A stretch of DNA of 64,000 bases from Sulfolobales archaeon (GTDB lineage: Archaea; Thermoproteota; Thermoprotei_A; Sulfolobales; NBVN01), in contig JAWBKW010000004.1 in NCBI GenBank assembly GCA_038831135.1, forward strand, positions 29,135 to 93,134. The letters run 5' to 3'. The notes beneath the pieces were generated by a model. That model was not told the DNA's origin, did not search any database, and was given only the letters and a program-made list of their open reading frames with translations. The translations under genes and the position numbers were made by a program. Below are positions 18,080 to 27,618 of the stretch, piece by piece; the stretch's first letter is position 1, and every line of letters begins with the position of its first letter.

Positions 18080-18112
18080 GGCGGGGAGGAGGTCAGTGTG
18101 ATGTTATTCTCC
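17950..18112 (+). ncRNA. Putative omega/reRNA: TnpB guide scaffold from the right end plus flank-derived guide
   Basis: GC hairpins at the tnpB 3' end (ACCCC..CCCCGT..ACGGGG..GGGGT) and the right-end hairpin. Location inferred from known TnpB biology; boundaries approximate. Confidence 0.45.
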
Positions 18113-18663
18113 TTCTTAATCCTCATTATGTAGTCCCATATCTTAACCCTTGTCTGAGGGTCTAACCCGATGGTGGGCTCATCAAGGAATAGTACGTGGG
18201 GCTCATGCAGTAATGACCTAGCAATCTCCAACCTCCTACGCATACCCCCTGAGAAGTACTTCACCTGCTTATTAGCGAATTCCTTCAAACCTACGAAGTC
18301 TAATAGTTCTAAAATCTTACGCCTCAGCACATCACCTCTAATACCGTAAAGCCTCCCATGAATGTACATGTTATCATAGGCTGTTAACTGATCATCTAGT
18401 GAGGGGTCCTGGAAGACTATGCCGACCTCCTCCCTAACCCTATCACGCTCCCTAACCACGTCGTACCCAGCGACGTAGGCGCTGCCTGAAGTAGGCCTCA
18501 ACAACGTAGTTAGTATGTGGATGGTTGTAGTCTTACCGGCACCGTTAGGGCCTAACAAACCGTAGACCTCACCCTCCCTAACAACGAATGACACTCCATC
18601 AACCGCTAAAACATCTTTAAACCTCTTAGTAAGTCCTTCAACCCTAACGACATCTACGACCAT
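18097..18663 (-). pseudogene. 5' fragment of DrrA-like ABC ATP-binding gene
   Basis: GPNGAGKTT, FQD, FSGGMRRR, LFLDEPTIGLD. Stops at ...KENNIT before the H-loop and reads into the IS end. Confidence 0.9.
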
Positions 18664-18669
18664 ACTAAC

Positions 18670-19149
18670 TCACCCCCTACACCTAGACATAACGTTAATA
18701 GCTCTAGCCTCAAAATCAGCTACCGCCTTCTTCAACTCCATCAAATCCTCCTCAGACAGCTCATCAGCAATGGCAACCAACTCCCTTAAAACCAATAACA
18801 ACCTATCACATCCAGCAACCTTAAGTTTTCTAAGAGATTCAGCAGTCCTTAAAGCCTCTTTAAGCTCCCCCTCATGAACTTTTAAGTAGTTAAGCCCCTT
18901 ATCAGTTAACCTATAAGTCTTAACGTCCTTACCGTCCCGAAGCACCACCACATCAACTGAGACCAACCCCTCACGAATTAACTTATTAAGTACTGGGTAA
19001 ACAGCACCGGTACTCGGCCTAACACCGGTTAACTCCTCCAACCCCTTAATCACTCCGTAGGCGTGGCGGGGCCCACCCTCCAGCATACTAAGAACTACTA
19101 ACTTCATATACGTCTTAAATACAGCCCTCCTACGTAGCATACCTACCAC
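18670..19149 (-). CDS. PadR family transcriptional regulator
   Basis: PRHAYGVIK, PSTGAVYPVL, KTYRLTDKG. Confidence 0.9.
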   Translation of the reverse strand: MVGMLRRRAVFKTYMKLVVLSMLEGGPRHAYGVIKGLEELTGVRPSTGAVYPVLNKLIREGLVSVDVVVLRDGKDVKTYRLTDKGLNYLKVHEGELKEALRTAESLRKLKVAGCDRLLLVLRELVAIADELSEEDLMELKKAVADFEARAINVMSRCRG

Positions 19150-19151
19150 TA

Positions 19152-19180
19152 ATCTAAAGATATATCTATAGATATTTAAA
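19152..19180 (-). promoter_or_regulatory. TATA box and probable PadR operator
   Basis: Tandem 12-mers ATCTAAAGATAT ATCTATAGATAT (19152-19175) containing the palindrome ATATCTATAGATAT, abutting a minus-strand TTTAAATA just upstream of padR. Confidence 0.55.
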
Positions 19181-19254
19181 TACTGTTAAGACTTACCGCA
19201 AGCCCAGAAATCATATTTTTAAGTCTTAATTACCTACTACTGTAGGTATCGGAT

Positions 19255-20097
19255 GTGGGCATATCCGAGGAGATTAAAGTAATTGCTGTAATAGGGGCCG
19301 GTAAGATAGGCTCAGCCATAATTAAAGGTATTAAAGAGTGCTACAGTGATGTCCACATCATAGCTACAGGTCGTAGGGATACTACTTTAGAGAACGCTAG
19401 GTCTTTAGGTGCGGAAGTAACTAGAAGTAATAAGGAAGCAGTTATCAGGGCCGATCTAGTCATACTTAGTGTTAAGCCGCATCACTTCCCAGTAGTTATT
19501 AAGGGTGTTGGGCGTGATGTATGGGATGGGAAGACAGTTATATCGGTAATGGCCGGTGTGAAGCTCAATACGTTAAGCTCGGTATTAGTTGGTGCTAAGA
19601 TCTTTAGGGCTATGACGAACATTAACGCGTCAGTCAAAAAAGCATCTACAGCTATAGCAACGCTGAATAGCGGTGACCGTGAGAAGGAAGTAGTGGAAGA
19701 TCTGTTTAAGTGTTTAGGAACGGTGTACTGGGTTCCTGAAGAGTATATAGACATATGGACTGCGTTAGCTGGTAGCGGACCCGCATTCATATCAGAAATT
19801 GTTGATGCGTTGGTTCTCGGTGCGGTAGCGTCTGGAATGCCTAGAGATATAGCGTATAAAGCAATATTGGATGTTCTTGAAGGAACAGCAATACTTCTTA
19901 AGAATAAAGACGTACATCCTGCAGAGGTTAGAGATGAAGTAACCACACCAGGCGGTACAACGATTAAAGGGCTAGCAGTTATGGAATCTAGAGGTATTAA
20001 ATCTGCATTGATTGAAACCATTGAAGCGGCGTATAAGAGATCGTTTGAAATAGGTAATGATATAGACTTATACATAAGGAAAGAGTTAAGTATGTAA
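19255..20097 (+). CDS. proC: Pyrroline-5-carboxylate reductase
   Basis: IGAGKIG, SVKP, ISVMAG, LAGSGPAF, VTTPGGTTI. Confidence 0.95.
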   Translation: MGISEEIKVIAVIGAGKIGSAIIKGIKECYSDVHIIATGRRDTTLENARSLGAEVTRSNKEAVIRADLVILSVKPHHFPVVIKGVGRDVWDGKTVISVMAGVKLNTLSSVLVGAKIFRAMTNINASVKKASTAIATLNSGDREKEVVEDLFKCLGTVYWVPEEYIDIWTALAGSGPAFISEIVDALVLGAVASGMPRDIAYKAILDVLEGTAILLKNKDVHPAEVRDEVTTPGGTTIKGLAVMESRGIKSALIETIEAAYKRSFEIGNDIDLYIRKELSM

Positions 20098-20240
20098 CCC
20101 CTCATAAATAAGTCTTTAAGACTCTTCATTACTCACTACGTGTCGAATTAACAGCGAAGAATGTTGAATCCAGGAATTAGAGACAATGATTCAACTATAA
20201 AGCTTATAAATGTCTATCAAGTTCTATAAGGGGATATATT

Positions 20241-21233
20241 TTGAGCAGCTCTAGAAGTAAGTATATCGCATTAGCTGCGATCTTAGTAATAGTGATTGTT
20301 GGGGTAGTAGCATATTATATGACATCAACACCATCAGCACCTCAAATATCGCATGTTCGGTTCATGGCTGGGGTCTCAGGCGGTGGTGGATATCAGTTTG
20401 GGACCGCATTAATTAAGGTGTGGCAAAGCAAGGTATCAGGAGTAACATACACTCTAGAAGCTACTCAAGGATTCGTTGATAATGCGAAGAAGATGTGTGG
20501 AGGTGTTGGTGAGTTCGGAGTAGTAAGTGCTGGTGAAGCCCTTAAAATCATACGTAGTGAGTCCCCATACACCAACTGCACTTCTAAAGTATATGCTGTA
20601 TTCCCGCTACTCCCACCTACATATTTCCACGTAATAGTTCCAGCTGACTCCAAGATTAACTCGTTCTCAGACCTCAACGGTAAAAGAGTTAACATCCTTA
20701 CAAGAGGATCATTAACCGAGCAACTCGCAACTCAAATCTTCAGTATCTTAGGAATTAATATAGTACCTACGTACCTCACACATACTGATGCAGCTATAGC
20801 ATTATCGAAGGGTGAGATCGATGCAGCAGCATCTACGACGTTCGCGTCTCAGTATAAGGAGTTAGCTCTTAGCAGGAAGTTAAGGATCCTTTCCTTAACT
20901 ACTGAAGAAGTAAACAAGATCAAAAATGCGTTACCTCATCTAGGATTCGAAACCTTCAACTTCAGTTCCCAATATGAGGGTACTAACCCCGCACTAGTTC
21001 CTGTAGACTGGACTTTAGTAGTAGCGCGTTCCGATATACCGGAAGCCTTCGTATATAACTCTGTTAAAGTAATTTATGAAAACATCGGGGCGCTAACGGA
21101 GTCATACCCTCAATCCAAGGATCTAAAACCTGAGCTCCTGCTTAAGGCTCCTGTACCACTACACCCCGGCGTAGTTAAATACTACAACGAGAAAGGTATA
21201 CAAATACCAGAGCAGTTACTGCCTAAAAAATAA
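20241..21233 (+). CDS. TAXI family TRAP transporter solute-binding protein
   Basis: N-terminal TM anchor; GGGYQFG, ATQGFVDN, DLNGKRV, PVPLHPGVVKYYNEKG. Confidence 0.9.
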   Translation: MSSSRSKYIALAAILVIVIVGVVAYYMTSTPSAPQISHVRFMAGVSGGGGYQFGTALIKVWQSKVSGVTYTLEATQGFVDNAKKMCGGVGEFGVVSAGEALKIIRSESPYTNCTSKVYAVFPLLPPTYFHVIVPADSKINSFSDLNGKRVNILTRGSLTEQLATQIFSILGINIVPTYLTHTDAAIALSKGEIDAAASTTFASQYKELALSRKLRILSLTTEEVNKIKNALPHLGFETFNFSSQYEGTNPALVPVDWTLVVARSDIPEAFVYNSVKVIYENIGALTESYPQSKDLKPELLLKAPVPLHPGVVKYYNEKGIQIPEQLLPKK

Positions 21234-21316
21234 CTTCAAATCATAGCTTCGAACTTGTTAAAAACTAAAAATATTTTTCCTCCTGGTTCTAGCTTTATGA
21301 GGTCTGAGGTGGTGAA

Positions 21317-23173
21317 GTGGATCTCACATGGTTAATCAGTAGGGTTGTTGCCGTAGTATACGGTTCTATATTTCTCTATAGTTTCTTAACATACACGTTC
21401 GACCCCTTCCTTCAAAATAGCTTATTTCTTCAGATGGTTCTGATTCTTGCGTTTCTAAAACTCTATAAGAAAAGCAAATCGAACATCATAAAAATTGCCT
21501 TAATTCCATTAGCCATAACTTCCGTAATACCTTCCATCTACATATCTATAAATTACGTAGATGTTGCTTATAGAGCTGGTATACCGACACAGCTCGAATT
21601 CGTATTTGGTATTATCACCATCACCGCCATACTGGCCCTTACGTGGGTCTTCGTAGGGAAAGTGCTAACCATCATTGCTGCAGTATTTATAGTATATTCG
21701 TACTTAGGCAATTATATTCCCGGTATGTGGGGGCATGGCGGGTACCCGTTAAACATGCTTGTTGGTTACTTGTATATGACTAGAGAGGGTCTATGGAGCA
21801 CCCCAATGAGTATAGCAGCTACTTACGTAGTAGCTTTCAATATCATGGGCTCACTGCTGTATAGAATTAAGACAGCTAAACTAATAATGGATGGGCTCTC
21901 ACCGTTATCAAGGTTGAAGGGAGGTCCAGGTATAGTAGCGGTTTTAAGCAATATGTTCTTAGGGATGGTATCAGGGAGTGCTCCGGAGAACGCGGCCTTA
22001 ACTGGAACTACCTTCCAACCACTCCTGAGATCTTACGGATTTTCTGCCGAGAAATCTGCAGCTATAATAGCAGCTGCAGCAGCTGGTGCTCTAATAATGC
22101 CACCTGTCATGGGTGCTGCAGCATTCTTGATGGCTGACCTACTCGGCATTACATACAGAGACATAGTTATTGCTGCATTCCTACCAGGATTTCTCTACTT
22201 TACATCATTAATAATTCACATATATTTAGATACTTCATCATTGATGGCTCGCGGGAATTTGAAGGGAACCGTAGCAGTAGACCGTAGCAGTAGCTTTAAC
22301 TTAATAAAGGGATTCGGTCATACGTTAATCCCCCTAGTGGTTGTGACTTACTTCATATTAGTGGGTTACTCACCAACTAGGGCAGCTATGTATGCAATAA
22401 TATCAGCGGTTCTCGTGTCCTTAATCAAGAAGGATACTAGACTAAACTTGAAGGGCTTTATTGAATCAATTCATGAGGCACTTGATAGGGTGGTAATGTT
22501 AGGGATAGCGATATCTGCTGCATGTCTAATATATTCATCCGTTATGATGACTGGGTTAGGACTTAAATTATCTCTAACTATAGAATCGTTATCGGCGGGA
22601 AATCTATTCCTCGCCTTAATATTGATTATGATTTCATGCATTATCCTAGGTATGGGTTTACCAGCAACCGTAGCTTACCTAATCGTAGCAATCACCATAG
22701 CATCTGCAGTTGTTAAACTAGGGATACCACCAATCGCTGCACATATGTTCATATTCTACTTTGCAACGTTCTCAACCATAACACCTCCAGTAGCTTTAGC
22801 GCTTTACACAGCCTGCGCGGTCTTTAACTCGGACGTTATGAAGACTGGGTATAATGCTATTAAGATCGCATTACCGGCATTTATAGTACCATTCATTTTT
22901 ACTATAAGGCCATCACTCTTAGCTCTGGGTACCCCCGCAGAAGCTGCTACCTCATTTATTACTGGACTACTCGGACTCATCAGCATAACAACTGCACTTA
23001 CTGGATATATGCTACGATCAATTACAACTATTGAGAGAGTAATATATGGAATTGCAGGCATTCTAATGATATTCCCGGAGACTACATACTTAACGGATAT
23101 TTTAGGAGTGTCAATGCTCTTAGTAATGATGACTATAAACATATTCATAGTGAAGAAGGTGAAGAAGAATTAA
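21317..23173 (+). CDS. TRAP transporter 4TM/12TM fused permease
   Basis: GMVSGS, IMPPVMGAAAFLMA, LGMGLP, AHMFIFYF, ITPPVAL. Confidence 0.92.
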   Translation: MDLTWLISRVVAVVYGSIFLYSFLTYTFDPFLQNSLFLQMVLILAFLKLYKKSKSNIIKIALIPLAITSVIPSIYISINYVDVAYRAGIPTQLEFVFGIITITAILALTWVFVGKVLTIIAAVFIVYSYLGNYIPGMWGHGGYPLNMLVGYLYMTREGLWSTPMSIAATYVVAFNIMGSLLYRIKTAKLIMDGLSPLSRLKGGPGIVAVLSNMFLGMVSGSAPENAALTGTTFQPLLRSYGFSAEKSAAIIAAAAAGALIMPPVMGAAAFLMADLLGITYRDIVIAAFLPGFLYFTSLIIHIYLDTSSLMARGNLKGTVAVDRSSSFNLIKGFGHTLIPLVVVTYFILVGYSPTRAAMYAIISAVLVSLIKKDTRLNLKGFIESIHEALDRVVMLGIAISAACLIYSSVMMTGLGLKLSLTIESLSAGNLFLALILIMISCIILGMGLPATVAYLIVAITIASAVVKLGIPPIAAHMFIFYFATFSTITPPVALALYTACAVFNSDVMKTGYNAIKIALPAFIVPFIFTIRPSLLALGTPAEAATSFITGLLGLISITTALTGYMLRSITTIERVIYGIAGILMIFPETTYLTDILGVSMLLVMMTINIFIVKKVKKN

Positions 23174-23230
23174 TGGAGAACTTCAAGGAGGGTAAGATAT
23201 TTTTAAGTGGATTAGTGCTTTAGGTATTAG

Positions 23231-24100
23231 GTGGTCTGTATGAGTTTGAAAAGGCCTTATAATCTGCTCGAATGTAGTTTCGTAGAAGCTCAGGAATGGC
23301 TTAAGGAAACTGATGTTGTGTTAATACCTATCGGGAGTTGCGAGAAACATGGACCACATATACCTTTGGGGACCGATAGCTTCATAACACTCTCCGTGGT
23401 TGAGAAGGCATCCGAAAAAGCTAATGTCCCGCACACCCCTCTAATGCCTTATGGTTACTCACCACATCACATGGGTGAGGTTGGAAAGGGCTACGGTTCC
23501 ATAACTTTGAGGGGAACAACGTTTAGATACGTCCTCTACGACATCGCTCTAAGTTTAATCTATCACGGCTTTAATAAATTAGTCTTCGTATCACATCACG
23601 GATCTAATACTAAGGTCATGGATGATGTGTTAAGAGCAATTCGTTATAAGACTGGCGCGTTGCCGGTATGGTATAAAGTACCTACAGAACGAGATATCAA
23701 GTTAATTAAGGATCTACTTAGATCAAAGCCTGAAGAAGCACCGGGATGGCACTCAGGTGAGGAGGAAACGGCAATCTTAATGTATTATAAACCAGAATTA
23801 GTTAAGATGGAGAGGGCTCAAGCTAGGAGTATTCACGCTCCTAAATGGTTAGGAGAGAAATTCATAAAGACCGATGGAACACCAACGATCGAATTTATGG
23901 GTAGTGAGAATATATGGATACCATTGGAACATCATGAGTATAGCGATAATGCCACGATAGGTAATCCCTTCATAGCTACTCCAGAGACCGGGAAATTACT
24001 TGTTGAACGCATCTCAACCCACTTAGCTGAGTTCTGCAAAGAACTCAGAAACGTCGATATAAAAGCTAAGGTTAGGGATTTCGAGGAAAGAGCATTTTAA
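23231..24100 (+). CDS. Creatininase family amidohydrolase
   Basis: PIGSCEKHGPHIPLGTD, HHGSN, HSGEEET. Confidence 0.9.
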   Translation: MVCMSLKRPYNLLECSFVEAQEWLKETDVVLIPIGSCEKHGPHIPLGTDSFITLSVVEKASEKANVPHTPLMPYGYSPHHMGEVGKGYGSITLRGTTFRYVLYDIALSLIYHGFNKLVFVSHHGSNTKVMDDVLRAIRYKTGALPVWYKVPTERDIKLIKDLLRSKPEEAPGWHSGEEETAILMYYKPELVKMERAQARSIHAPKWLGEKFIKTDGTPTIEFMGSENIWIPLEHHEYSDNATIGNPFIATPETGKLLVERISTHLAEFCKELRNVDIKAKVRDFEERAF

Positions 24101-24134
24101 CACTAGAGATTATTCATGGGTTAGGTATTAACAT

Positions 24135-25370
24135 ATGGGTAAAAAAGTAGCAATATTGGCTACTTTAGATACTAAAGGAACGGAAGCTCTCTATATAAAA
24201 AATTTATTTTTCGAACATAATATTGATTCCATCATAATCGACCTTGGCATACTTAACGAACCGATAGTTAAACCTGACGTATCTAGAGAGGAAGTACTGA
24301 AGGAACTAGATGTAGATCCTAAGAAATTTGCAGAAGGTGTTAAGTCAGGAAACATTAGAAGAGACGAAGCTATCAGAACCGTGGGGTTGGGCGCAGCTAA
24401 ATTACTCATCAAAATGCTGAAAGAATTAAATGGTGTTATAGGGATTGGTGGGAATCAAGGTACAGCCGCTGCCTCAATAGCTATGAAAGCACTACCCATA
24501 GGTTTTCCCAAGTTACTTGTATCTACTGTTGCATCAGGCAATATTAGACCGTATGTAGAGTATAAAGATATATTGATGATGTTCTCCGTGGCTGATCTCG
24601 AGTTCGGACCCAATACTATCTCAAAAACTATACTTAGGAATGCTGTGAATGCTATGGTTGGTTTGGTAATGGGGTATAAAAATATGGATGTTGACGACTC
24701 TATTAAGAGGGTTGCGGTAACTACCTTAGGTTCTACTGGTAGGTTGACTAGGTATTGCATTACTAAGCTTAAGGAGTTAAATTATGAGCCAATAGTTTTC
24801 CATGCTTCAGGTTCAGGCGGCTCTGCTATGGAGGAATTGATAGAGGGGAACTTCTTCCATGCAGTACTAGATTTAAACCTACATGAATTAGTTGGGGAAG
24901 TTATTCCGGATGATATATACAAGCCTATGAAACCTCGACTAATAAATGCCATTAAAATGGAATTACCTCTAGTATTAACTCCTGGAAGTATTAATTACTT
25001 AGTTTTTGGACCGCCAGATAGTATACCAAGTAAGTATCTGGGGAGGAAAACCCATTACCACAACCCATACAACACGAACGTAAGACTTCTCTTAAACGAA
25101 TTGATTTCCGTTGCTGAACACCTCAGCGTAAAACTCTCCGATGCTAAAAATAAGACCGTTCTTATACTGCCCATGAAAGGTTTTTCAGTCCTAGATATGG
25201 AAGGAGGTCCCCTATACCAACCAGAAGATGATATGAGATTTATAGAGAAAATTAAGAAAGAAGTGAATAAGTATGTGGGAATAGTGGAAATCGCCAGCAA
25301 CATCAACGATTACGAGGTAGCCTGCACCGTATTTAAATATTTTAAAAAATTAGTTCGTAATTCTAATTAA
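24135..25370 (+). CDS. UPF0261 / Tm-1-like ATP-binding domain protein
   Basis: ATLDTKGTE, GGNQGT, LPIGFPKLLVSTVASG, VFHASGSGGSAME, HNP. Confidence 0.88.
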   Translation: MGKKVAILATLDTKGTEALYIKNLFFEHNIDSIIIDLGILNEPIVKPDVSREEVLKELDVDPKKFAEGVKSGNIRRDEAIRTVGLGAAKLLIKMLKELNGVIGIGGNQGTAAASIAMKALPIGFPKLLVSTVASGNIRPYVEYKDILMMFSVADLEFGPNTISKTILRNAVNAMVGLVMGYKNMDVDDSIKRVAVTTLGSTGRLTRYCITKLKELNYEPIVFHASGSGGSAMEELIEGNFFHAVLDLNLHELVGEVIPDDIYKPMKPRLINAIKMELPLVLTPGSINYLVFGPPDSIPSKYLGRKTHYHNPYNTNVRLLLNELISVAEHLSVKLSDAKNKTVLILPMKGFSVLDMEGGPLYQPEDDMRFIEKIKKEVNKYVGIVEIASNINDYEVACTVFKYFKKLVRNSN

Positions 25371-25420
25371 AAGAAGACTTTTAAACATGCTAGCTCAAGG
25401 TTATGTTTGGTGCGAGATAA

Positions 25421-26476
25421 TTGAATGGTAAAATGAAAGCGTTAGTTATACGTAAACCTAAAGAACTAATAGTTGAGGAAGTTCCTATCCCTAAAATAAA
25501 AGAGGATGAAGTTCTAATTAAAGTAAATTCTGTAGGGATATGTGGGTCAGATATAGAAATCAAAAACGGTACGTACCCGGATTATATTGCTTATCCTATC
25601 ATACCAGGGCATGAAACTGCAGGTACTGTAGTGGAAGTGGGTTCTAACGTGCTTGGCTTCAAAGTAGGTGATAGGGTAGCTGTCGAACCTCACGGAGGTT
25701 GCGGTCAATGCAGAAACTGTAAAATAGGTTATTATTCGTATTGTGTTAATTACGGAAAACCTGGACATAGAACCTTAGGCTTCACTGTAAATGGTGGATT
25801 CGCAGAATATGTAGCTGCTCCCGCTAGGAATGCCCACAAACTACCTGATAATATAAGCTTTGAAGAAGGGGCTATGGCAGTCTCCGCTGGTACCTCAATG
25901 TTTGGCATTATGGAAATTGGTTTAGATCCGGGTGAGACTGTAGTCATAATAGGTCCAGGACCTATAGGACTTACCTCGTTATCTATAGCTAAGGCGTTAG
26001 GTGCTGGAACAACAGTGATGGTCGGCACTAGATGGGCTAGACTGAACCTAGCTAAAGAACTAGGTGCGGATGTACTAGTAAACGTGAGGGAGGGACAGGA
26101 CCCCGTAAAAGTAGCAATGGACGTATCTGATGGATTAGGCGTTGACTTAGTTATAAATACTACACCTTCGGCTGAGTCAGTAGTTCAAAGTGTTAAGATG
26201 TTAAGAAGAGGTGGTAGACTACTAATGCTCGGTATCACTTGGGAACCAACCCCTCTAATTCTAGGTGAGATCGTAACTAAAGGATTAACAATAAAGGGTA
26301 CTAGGGGTGAGGCTCGTAATGCCCTGGAACGTGTGATTAAGTTAGCCTCTAATGGAAAGATAGACTTAAAGAAAATAATAACTAACGTCTTCCCGTTGAG
26401 TGAAGTTATAGAGGCTTTTGAGGTATTCGAGAAACGTATCGGTGACCCAATAAAGGTTGTTGTGAAACCTGAATAA
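25421..26476 (+). CDS. Zn-dependent alcohol dehydrogenase (sorbitol/threonine dehydrogenase-like)
   Basis: GICGSD, GHE, CGQCRNC..C, GPGPIG. Confidence 0.92.
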   Translation: MNGKMKALVIRKPKELIVEEVPIPKIKEDEVLIKVNSVGICGSDIEIKNGTYPDYIAYPIIPGHETAGTVVEVGSNVLGFKVGDRVAVEPHGGCGQCRNCKIGYYSYCVNYGKPGHRTLGFTVNGGFAEYVAAPARNAHKLPDNISFEEGAMAVSAGTSMFGIMEIGLDPGETVVIIGPGPIGLTSLSIAKALGAGTTVMVGTRWARLNLAKELGADVLVNVREGQDPVKVAMDVSDGLGVDLVINTTPSAESVVQSVKMLRRGGRLLMLGITWEPTPLILGEIVTKGLTIKGTRGEARNALERVIKLASNGKIDLKKIITNVFPLSEVIEAFEVFEKRIGDPIKVVVKPE

Positions 26477-26488
26477 TTTAGAGGTGTA

Positions 26489-27607
26489 ATGTTGAGAATT
26501 ACGGACATAGATGTTTTAACGTTAGATATAAAAATGAAAATACCCTATAAAAGCGCTAAGAAAAGTGAAGTAGTCTCGCAAGAGTACCTAAAAACTAATA
26601 TCGTAATGATTAAAACGGATAACGGTATTACAGGTTATGGTGAAATACCGTCTATCCCAAGAATGTTTGAAACACCTGAAGTAGTTAAAGACCTCTTTAT
26701 CAGTAGATTTAAGGACTTAATAATTAATGAAGATCCCTTTAACCTTATTGATATTATTACTAAAATCACTAAAAAATTCAAAGTTAGTGATCAGATAATT
26801 GCAGGTCTAGATATAGCATTGCATGACTTAATTGCGAAATATCTTAATGTTCCGCTATATAAGTTACTGGGGGGTAAAATTAAAGGTAAGACAGCTCCAG
26901 CATCTTCATTAATACCTCTTCTACCCCCTGAAGAAGTAGCTATGGTTGCCCATAATTATCTAAAGAACGGAATTAAGGTACTTAAGATGAAGGTTGGGGA
27001 TGATCCTGTTCTTGATATAGAAAGAGTTAAGAGCATTAGAGAAGCCGTTGGGGATAAAGTAATCTTGAATTTAGATGTAGGTGAGAGCTGGATCACAGCG
27101 AAGAATGCATTAAGGATAATTAGACAGTTAGAGAGGTATGGTGTTGAATATATTGAACAACCTGTGCTGGCTCAAGATATCGATGGATTAAAGGAAGTCA
27201 CCCGAAATACTGATATTACAATAGTTGCTGACGAAAGCGTCAAACCTGAATTCATAATAAGGCTTGTATCGGAGAAGGCTGCAGATATGCTTGCCCTAAA
27301 ACCATTAAATGGTGGAATATTAATCACTAAGAAATACGCGTTGATAGCTCATGAAGCAGGGCTAGACTGCAATATAGGGACTTACGTCGCGCAGACAGGT
27401 ATCTTAGACGCCGCAGGAATACATCTCTTTATATCAACACCTAACATCACGGTTAGTGAAATAGGTAGGTCTGAGATACTGCTTGAAGATAACCCTATAA
27501 AAGGCATAAAGATTGAGGAAGGACTTACTAAAATATTTGAAGAACCTGGCTTAGGAATAAAGATAATTAATGATTTAAAACTTTATATGCGTAATAAAAA
27601 CGCTTAA
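26489..27607 (+). CDS. Enolase superfamily, MLE subgroup (epimerase/racemase-like)
   Basis: LKMKVG (KxK), LDVGE, IEQP, ADES, LKP. Confidence 0.88.
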   Translation: MLRITDIDVLTLDIKMKIPYKSAKKSEVVSQEYLKTNIVMIKTDNGITGYGEIPSIPRMFETPEVVKDLFISRFKDLIINEDPFNLIDIITKITKKFKVSDQIIAGLDIALHDLIAKYLNVPLYKLLGGKIKGKTAPASSLIPLLPPEEVAMVAHNYLKNGIKVLKMKVGDDPVLDIERVKSIREAVGDKVILNLDVGESWITAKNALRIIRQLERYGVEYIEQPVLAQDIDGLKEVTRNTDITIVADESVKPEFIIRLVSEKAADMLALKPLNGGILITKKYALIAHEAGLDCNIGTYVAQTGILDAAGIHLFISTPNITVSEIGRSEILLEDNPIKGIKIEEGLTKIFEEPGLGIKIINDLKLYMRNKNA

Positions 27608-27618
27608 TTAGGTTTAAT

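Larger units (their letters stand above)
16273..18096 (+). mobile_element. IS200/IS605-family element (tnpA+tnpB)
   Basis: Left hairpin CCTCGCCC-TTTA-GGGCGGGG (16284-16303); related right hairpin followed by GGAGGAGGTCAG (to 18096); inserted 3' of TTAC; no target duplication; interrupts an ABC ATPase gene. Confidence 0.9.

Noticed and set aside
17731-18165. 144-aa alternative-frame ORF over the tnpB 3' end
   Set aside because: Out-of-frame overlap with an intact tnpB, with low-complexity Q/P/R composition; not evidence of a frameshift.
19482-20129. 215-aa minus-strand ORF
   Set aside because: Antisense to the well-supported proC. The same applies to the many other short ORFs opposite real genes in the track.
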